In this document: in pieces, positions 58,851 through 64,000 of the stretch | How positions within the stretch are numbered: the stretch's first letter is position 1 | Layout: every line of letters starts with the position of its first letter | Assembly: GCA_963697965.1 (NCBI GenBank) | Contig: OY969108.1 | Span: 1,981,326 to 2,045,325, forward strand | Reading direction: 5' to 3' | DNA from: an uncultured delta proteobacterium | GTDB lineage: Bacteria > Desulfobacterota > Desulfobaccia > Desulfobaccales > 0-14-0-80-60-11 | Length of the DNA: 64,000 nucleotides | Notes under the pieces: generated by a model | What the model saw: only the letters and a program-made list of their open reading frames with translations | The model's database searches: none | Told to the model about the DNA's origin: nothing | Translations under genes and position numbers: made by a program

Positions 58851-60112
58851 TGGATCAGATGGATGACTTGGCCCGCATCGATCCTGCCATCTACTCGGTC
58901 ATCGAGCGGGAGCGGCAGCGGCAGCTCCAGAAGCTGGAGTTGATCGCCTCGGAAAATTTCGTAAGCAAGGCGGTGCTCCAGGCCCAGGGCTCCATCCTGA
59001 CCCACAAGTATGCCGAAGGTTATCCGGGGCGGCGCTTCTACGGCGGTTGCGAATTTGTGGACACCGCCGAAAACCTGGCTTTAAGCCGCGTGAAGGAGAT
59101 CTTCGGCGCGGCCTACGCCAACGTCCAGCCCCATTCCGGCACCCAGGCCAACATGGCCGTCTATTTCTCCTTCCTCAAGCCCGGGGACACCATCCTGGGC
59201 ATGGACCTGTCCCACGGCGGTCACCTGAGCCACGGAGCCCCGGTCAACTTTTCCGGCCGCCTCTATAAGGCAGTAACTTACGGAGTGGATCGCCAGAGCG
59301 AAGAAGTGGACTTCGCCGTGGTCCGGGAACTGGCCCTGAAACACCGCCCCAAGATGATCATCGCCGGCGCCAGCGCCTACCCCCGCATACTCGATTTTTC
59401 CAAGTTTGCCGAGATCGCCGGGGAGGTGGGGGCCTATCTCATGGTGGACATGGCCCATATCGCCGGTCTGATTGCCGGAGGGCTGCATCCCAACCCCCTG
59501 CCGGCCGCGGACTTCGTCACCTCCACCACTCACAAGACCCTGCGCGGCCCCCGGGGCGGCCTCATCCTGGCCCAGGCCAAATACGGCAAGGCCCTGGACA
59601 GCCAGATCTTCCCGGGGATTCAAGGCGGCCCCTTGATGCATATCATTGCCGCCAAGGCCGTGTCTTTCAAGGAAGCCCTGGCGCCCTCCTTCAATCGCTA
59701 CCAGGCGCAGATAGTGGCCAACGCCCGCACCTTGGGGGAAGCCTTTACCCACCGGGGTTACCGCCTGGTGGCCGGCGGCACCGACACCCACCTGCTGCTG
59801 GTGGACCTGAACGCCACCGGCCTCACCGGGCGCGAGGCGGAAGAGGCCCTGGACCGGGCCGGCATCACGGTCAACAAAAACGCCATCCCCTTCGATCAGC
59901 GCCCCCCCACCATCACCAGCGGCATCCGGGTGGGCACCCCGGCCCTCACGACCCGGGGCATGAAAGAGAAGGAGATGGAGGTGGTGGCCGACTTCATGGA
60001 CCAGGCCCTTAGCTCCCCCATGGATACCCATCTCCTGGCCAGGCTGGCGGACCAGGTGCAGGACTTCTGCGCCCAGTTTCCCCTGTTTGCCGAGGAATGG
60101 ATCGGGGTCTGA
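58850..60112 (+). CDS. glyA: serine hydroxymethyltransferase
   Basis: [23 protein letters not shown]-like, and [12 protein letters not shown] (PLP Lys). Its ATG overlaps the rpiB TAA stop codon. Confidence 0.97.
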   Translation: MDQMDDLARIDPAIYSVIERERQRQLQKLELIASENFVSKAVLQAQGSILTHKYAEGYPGRRFYGGCEFVDTAENLALSRVKEIFGAAYANVQPHSGTQANMAVYFSFLKPGDTILGMDLSHGGHLSHGAPVNFSGRLYKAVTYGVDRQSEEVDFAVVRELALKHRPKMIIAGASAYPRILDFSKFAEIAGEVGAYLMVDMAHIAGLIAGGLHPNPLPAADFVTSTTHKTLRGPRGGLILAQAKYGKALDSQIFPGIQGGPLMHIIAAKAVSFKEALAPSFNRYQAQIVANARTLGEAFTHRGYRLVAGGTDTHLLLVDLNATGLTGREAEEALDRAGITVNKNAIPFDQRPPTITSGIRVGTPALTTRGMKEKEMEVVADFMDQALSSPMDTHLLARLADQVQDFCAQFPLFAEEWIGV

Positions 60113-60298
60113 TAACCCCGTGCGTGGGGTGGGCGTCCCTGCCCGCCGGCGGCAAGGCCCCAGAAAAGATGACGGGCGAGACCTGCGCCTTTCGCCGTTG
60201 AGGCGCTTCGGTATCAGATAATAACTTAATTTGCCTGTATTCTCTAAGCGAATAACATATAAGGCTCCTGGAGAAGTCATATCAATGGCGAAATCAAG

Positions 60299-60455
60299 GT
60301 TATTGACTTGTTCCCTCCCCCTCGAGGGGGCGACACCGGGTGGGGGTGTTGTAATTAGTTGCGTTTTATAAAATAGTTAACAACAACTGACGCCCCCCTC
60401 CCCCTAACCCCCTCCCACCGTGGGGAGGGGGAAAAGACGCATCAATTTGTCGCCC
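60299..60455. repeat. divergent/truncated copy C of the MITE-like element
   Basis: It shares cccctcgagggggcgacaccgggtgggggtg, an AT-rich centre, cgcccccctcccc, and a ccctcccaccgtggggaggg hairpin with copies A and B. Confidence 0.5.
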
Positions 60456-60471
60456 CTAATTGTATTTCACC

Positions 60472-60945
60472 ATGCGCTGCCCTTACTGCCACAGCACCAA
60501 CATTAAAGTGATCGATTCCCGCCCCAGCCGGGAGGCCAATGCCATCCGGCGCCGCCGGGAGTGCCTCCACTGTGAGCGGCGCTTCACCACCTACGAACAG
60601 GTGGAGGAGAGCATGCCGCTGGTGGTGAAGAAGGACGGCCGCCGGGAACCGTTTCAGCGGTCCAAGTTATACGAAGGCATCATTAAGGCCTGCGAGAAGC
60701 GGCCGGTCTCGATCGACGCCATCGAGAATTTTCTGGACGGCCTGGAACGGGAGATGCTGGAGGGCGGCCAGCGGGAGATCGCCTCTGGTTGGATCGGCGA
60801 ACGGGTGATGGCCCAGATGCGCCAATGGGATGAAGTGGCCTACGTGCGCTTCGCCTCGGTTTACCGGCACTTCACCGACGCCACCGACTTCATGGAGGAG
60901 ATTCGCCGCCTCCTGGCCTCCCGCAAGGAAGAAAAAAAGGCGTAA
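60472..60945 (+). CDS. nrdR: transcriptional repressor NrdR
   Basis: MRCPYCHSTNIKVIDSRPS...RRRRECLHCERRFTTYE zinc ribbon plus an ATP-cone domain. Confidence 0.95.
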   Translation: MRCPYCHSTNIKVIDSRPSREANAIRRRRECLHCERRFTTYEQVEESMPLVVKKDGRREPFQRSKLYEGIIKACEKRPVSIDAIENFLDGLEREMLEGGQREIASGWIGERVMAQMRQWDEVAYVRFASVYRHFTDATDFMEEIRRLLASRKEEKKA

Positions 60946-60968
60946 TTTGGAGTGAATGCCAAGGAGAT

Positions 60969-60992
60969 CACAGGCTGGAAGCCTGTGCCACC
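60969..60992. repeat. REP hairpin family A
   Basis: cacaggctggaagcctgtgccacc. Confidence 0.75.
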
Positions 60993-61036
60993 GGCCCCTG
61001 CCCTACCCCCGCCCCCTCCCGATCCCATGAGAAAAG

Positions 61037-61321
61037 GTGAAGATAATTATGAGTTGGAAGATTTTTTGGGTAACTTTCGGAACCATTTTCCTGGCGGAAA
61101 TGGGTGATAAGACTCAGCTTGCAGCTCTGACCTTGGCTGCCGACACCAGGATGCCCCTGTCGGTGCTGGTGGGAGCGTGCGCCGCTTTCTGCCTGGCCAT
61201 TCTCCTGACGATAGTTATCGGGAGCACCGTGAATCATCTGCTCCCCGAGGGGATTCTGAAGAAGCTTGCCGGTACAATATTCATCGTTAGCGGGGGGCTG
61301 ATCCTCTGGGGTAAATTGTGA
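61037..61321 (+). CDS. UPF0016 (GDT1/TMEM165) family single-domain membrane protein
   Basis: E-x-G-D-K-T motif (LAEMGDKTQL) and 3 TM helices. The start is either GTG 61037 or ATG 61049. Confidence 0.8.
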   Translation: MKIIMSWKIFWVTFGTIFLAEMGDKTQLAALTLAADTRMPLSVLVGACAAFCLAILLTIVIGSTVNHLLPEGILKKLAGTIFIVSGGLILWGKL

Positions 61322-61542
61322 TCTTGCCGCGGGTTGATACAGGATTGGTTAAGTATGCAATCGCCAAAGAAAAAGGATTTGTGCCAATTCCCAAGGCGCG
61401 CTTGGAAACGCCAATTATCCTTTTTAACCCCCCCGTTGCCAAAGGGGGGCAGGAGGGGTTTAAAGTAAGTTCCTGAAATTACCCTAAATCCCCCTTTTCC
61501 AAAGGGGGACTTTAACAGCCTTGGAACCTACCGCGGCCCAAA

Positions 61543-61572
61543 AGTAGGGGCGGGTTAAAACCCGCCCCTGCG
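61543..61572. repeat. REP hairpin family C
   Basis: agtaggggcgggttaaaacccgcccctgcg. CCCCCTTT..AAAGGGGG-type hairpins lie just upstream at 61430-61510. Confidence 0.7.
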
Positions 61573-61599
61573 CCAAATCCGATAGCAATTCCCGCCGCC

Positions 61600-62997
61600 C
61601 TACATCACCAGGATCTCTTCCAGGCCATCCTTCCAGCCATCCCAGAGAAAGGCGTCCAGCCGCCCCTGGGCGATGACCCGGAAGGCATAGCGAGCCTGGG
61701 ACGCATAAAAGTCGCAATTGGGCGCCGGGGCCTCGAGCCGTCCGTTGATGGCATAGACCTCCGCAGGACAGGGGGCCCCGCAGAAGTGGCGCACCGCGCA
61801 TTGTTTGCAGGGGTCCAACTGCTCCACTACCCGGGTGGTCACCCGTTTGAAGGCCGGGGTGGCCAGCAGCTCGGCGACCGGGGTCTCAAAGAGGTTGCCG
61901 CCGTGGAACTCCGGCAGCCCCAGGAACTCGCTGCACGGGGCCACTTCGCCCGCGGCCCCAACTGCGAAGAAGCAGCGGCCGCCGCCGCAGGGGGAGATGT
62001 CGCACATGAGCCGCCGGGCCCCCGGCGCCACCAGCCCCAGGAGCAGGTTGGCGAAGTTGCCCACCACCAATTTCCGGCCCGTCTGTTCATAGAGCTCGTA
62101 GCTCCGGTCCAGGGCCCGGAAAAAGAAATGGGCCAGTTCCTCCTGGTCCGGCATCAGCGAGCGCCCGCCGCTCTGGGTGCCCCGCACCGGGTTGAGCAGG
62201 ACGTTGGCCGTCCCCCGCTCATGGAAAAACTCTACCAACTCCGGCAGGTGCCGGACATTTTCCTTGGTTACCGTGGTGATCACGTTGAGCCCGGGGTAGT
62301 CGTGCAATTCCTCCAGCACCTTGACGGTGCCGGCGAAGACGCCGCGGCCGCCCCAGGTGTGGCGGCTGCGATCCGCGATCTCGGCGGTAGGCCCGTCCAG
62401 GGAGATGCCGATGCCGGCCCCGTGAGCCACCAGGAAATCCCGGGCGTTTTTGTCCAGCAACACCGCGTTGGTCTGTACGCCGAAGCGAAAATAATCGCCG
62501 TATTGGGCAATGCCCTGAAAGACCGCATCTTTCGCCAGCAGCGGCTCGCTGCCATGAAAAACGAGTTGCGGTCTGGCGCCCTCCGGCAGTTTTTTCTTAA
62601 AGAATTCTGAGAGCACGGAGAGGCCCTCCAGCACTTTGGCCGGCTCCATGTCGCGGCCGGTCCGCCGAGCCTCCCGGGGCAGGTAACAGTAGCCGCAATC
62701 GAGGTTGCAGCGCTCCGTGGGGTTGAAATAGACTGCGGAGGGCAGCAACCCGAAGCGGACATTGTGCAGGTCGGATGCCAACCTGGCCTCTTTTTCCCGG
62801 AATACCTTGGGCAGCTCGCCCCCCAGCAGGTAATCCAGGGCCTCCTCGCGAGGCGAGAGCACCCAAAAGGCGGTGTCCGCGTTAATCAGGGCCACGTAGT
62901 CCGGGTGGCCCACCTCCAGGACGTCGAAATGGGGCCCGGCCCCGGCGTTGACCGTTGCCAGGGACGGGCCCTCGAGGTTTGGGGTTTTGGTCGCCAT
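61600..62997 (-). CDS. radical SAM/SPASM-domain enzyme, putative peptide-modifying maturase
   Basis: 465 aa. A ~90-aa N-terminal extension precedes ERCNLDCGYCY (CxxxCxxC). A GSEPLL-type SAM motif is present. The C-terminal auxiliary-cluster Cys pattern is CDISPCGGG...CSEF...CKQCAVRHFCGAPCPAE...NCDF. Confidence 0.85.
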   Translation of the reverse strand: MATKTPNLEGPSLATVNAGAGPHFDVLEVGHPDYVALINADTAFWVLSPREEALDYLLGGELPKVFREKEARLASDLHNVRFGLLPSAVYFNPTERCNLDCGYCYLPREARRTGRDMEPAKVLEGLSVLSEFFKKKLPEGARPQLVFHGSEPLLAKDAVFQGIAQYGDYFRFGVQTNAVLLDKNARDFLVAHGAGIGISLDGPTAEIADRSRHTWGGRGVFAGTVKVLEELHDYPGLNVITTVTKENVRHLPELVEFFHERGTANVLLNPVRGTQSGGRSLMPDQEELAHFFFRALDRSYELYEQTGRKLVVGNFANLLLGLVAPGARRLMCDISPCGGGRCFFAVGAAGEVAPCSEFLGLPEFHGGNLFETPVAELLATPAFKRVTTRVVEQLDPCKQCAVRHFCGAPCPAEVYAINGRLEAPAPNCDFYASQARYAFRVIAQGRLDAFLWDGWKDGLEEILVM

Positions 62998-63001
62998 AGC
63001 C

Positions 63002-63118
63002 CTACTTGGCCTTTTTGGCGTCCGCCATCAGGTAGTGGGACAGGCCCACCTGATCGCCGTTGGGGGCGCAGGTGTAGCGGATACTGATGGCTTTCTTACA
63101 ACTCGGTTCTTTCTGCAT
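63002..63118 (-). CDS. 38-aa candidate precursor peptide (MQKEPSCKKAISIRYTCAPNGDQVGLSHYLMADAKKAK)
   Basis: The ATG is preceded by GGAAGGAGGA with 9-nt spacing. Its TAG stop lies 4 nt before the radical SAM ATG. The peptide has two Cys residues and Lys-rich termini. It is too short for the 60-aa ORF track except as part of the spurious 112-aa ORF. Confidence 0.5.
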   Translation of the reverse strand: MQKEPSCKKAISIRYTCAPNGDQVGLSHYLMADAKKAK

Positions 63119-63254
63119 ATAGGGGTCCTCCTTCCTCGGTGGTTTACCGGCCAGGCCAGCGCATAAGCGGCCGCCGGGGTGACATCCGTGTAGAACCGCC
63201 GCCCTCGGCGGTTCTGGCGCCGTCGCAGCGCCGGTGCTACATAAAAAAAGAAGT

Positions 63255-63368
63255 GGTGGCACAGGCGCTGCGCCTGTGCTTACGTAGGGTGGGCACCGCC
63301 CACCCATTCCTCTTGAAACAAAAACTGTCCCGCTCTTCATCTTGGGCGACCCAGCGGGTCGCCCCTAC
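63255..63368. repeat. three REP hairpins (families A, B, E) inside the riboswitch-to-ORF leader
   Basis: ggtggcacaggcgctgcgcctgtgc at 63255-63279. cgtagggtgggcaccgcccaccc at 63283-63304. gggcgacccagcgggtcgcccctac at 63344-63368. Confidence 0.75.
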
Positions 63369-63372
63369 CAAA

Positions 63373-63410
63373 ACAAAAAAGGGCGTCCCATCAAGATTGA
63401 TGGAACTCCC
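63373..63410 (-). terminator. intrinsic terminator (riboswitch expression platform)
   Basis: The minus strand reads GGGAGTTCCATCAATCTTGATGGGACGCCC followed by TTTTTTGTTTT. This gives a ~13-bp imperfect stem, a 4-nt loop and a U-tract. Confidence 0.6.
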
Positions 63411-63429
63411 TTTACCATCAGGAGCAATC

Positions 63430-63627
63430 GCTAATCACCACCAGGCAGGTCTTCTGGCTCTGGGATCACCCGAAGAAAGCAGCCTTCCCGCCGGGGTTAG
63501 TGTTGCCTCCCCGTCAGTGGCCGGCGTTAGCCTTGCTTCCTCCGTCCCCCATCACAGCGGCGGGACCGCCCCGGATTCGCACCGGGTTCCGGATTGCCTG
63601 GAAGTTCTTATTGAATGTATGATTAGC
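63430..63627 (-). promoter_or_regulatory. cobalamin (B12) riboswitch aptamer
   Basis: The minus strand carries GGTGCGAATCCGGGGCGGTCCCGCCGCTGTGA, GCCACTG, GGGAAGGC and the B12 box GAGCCAGAAGACCTGCC. It is closed by GCTAATCA/TGATTAGC pairing. The aptamer is about 198 nt long. Confidence 0.85.
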
Positions 63628-63707
63628 ACGCCATTGGGCCTTTGTCAAGACCTGAAGCCGGGAATTGTCAATAAGGACCAGGCCAAACCCAGCGCCTCGG
63701 TAGTGAC

Positions 63708-64000
63708 TCATTTTGAATCCAGGAGAGCCACAATATCCTCAATCTCCCAAAGGCGATCTGTAACCCCTGCTTCCATCGCCGGGGTCACTCTCAGGCTCTT
63801 ATGAATCCGGCAAAAATTTTAATGCATATAGTGAAGGGCTACATGGTGAGCGTGGTTTTCAACCTTCTTTGAAAAACCATTGGTGAGGCGGGTAAACCGG
63901 CGCATGGACATTCTCATGGTGAGGTTCTGCCTCTCCGCATAGCTGGTGGAAATATTCTTGGGGTCGGGGTTGCCGGTCATAGCCTCTTTTCTACTGGCGA
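63708..64000 (-). pseudogene. IS1-family-like transposase C-terminal fragment (runs off the window) with an in-frame TAA
   Basis: The minus-strand frame reads ...YAERQNLTMRMSMRRFTRLTNGFSKKVENHAHHVALHYMH*NFCRIHKSLRVTPAMEAGVTDRLWEIEDIVALLDSK. A TAA at 63821-63819 sits where homologs, as I recall them, have Tyr. The ER.N...R....R.TR....FSK pattern resembles the IS1 InsB C-terminus. Confidence 0.55.

Noticed and set aside
63400-63720. Possible RNase P RNA or tmRNA on the minus strand, because GACAATTCCCGGCTTCAGG resembles the RNase P ACAGAACCCGGCTTA box
   Set aside because: The GAGGAAAGTCCGGGC element and the tmRNA termini are absent. The region instead contains the full set of cobalamin-riboswitch core motifs, including the B12 box.

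Overview
All calls were made by eye from the sequence and the ORF track; nothing was computed or searched. This is a high-GC bacterial chromosomal segment, roughly 60% G+C by eye. The gene content is an Ahb-type alternative haem pathway (NirJ-like radical SAM, AhbA/B-like decarboxylase, hemB), Bcd/EtfAB with a ferredoxin-fused EtfA, three TlpA-like periplasmic redoxins, MacAB-NodT efflux and FeoB. This suggests an anaerobic Desulfobacterota/Thermodesulfobacteriota-like organism, which is inference only.

The backbone is housekeeping: purF, carAB, waaA, mutM, hemB, rpmE, yceD-rpmF, fabG-acpP-rpiB-glyA-nrdR.

Four things stand out:
1. On the minus strand at 63.6-61.6 kb, a well-formed cobalamin riboswitch with its own terminator sits upstream of a 38-codon Cys-containing ORF. 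That ORF is translationally coupled to a radical SAM/SPASM enzyme. This is a candidate B12-regulated RiPP-like system and the best novelty candidate in the window.
2. A lower-GC island at 35.7-39.9 kb carries an excisionase-type HTH, a single-HKD PLD-family nuclease (frameshifted) and two DNA methyltransferases of different permutation classes. This looks like a BfiI-like Type IIS restriction-modification (R-M) architecture.
3. A REP-associated tyrosine transposase (RAYT) is flanked by inverted REP hairpins, and at least five REP hairpin families with a 5' GTAG litter almost every intergenic region. There are also REP doublets, a nested REP, a ~190-bp MITE-like element in 3 copies, and two classes of short degenerate tandem arrays.
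4. Gene-level oddities include a MrfA-MrfB-like helicase-exonuclease fusion, a frameshifted ahbA/B-like gene, bcd-etf genes embedded in the rpmF...fabG-acpP operon, etfB and etfA split by two unrelated genes, and several low-GC orphan membrane proteins.

I did not recognise any rRNA, tRNA or CRISPR array.
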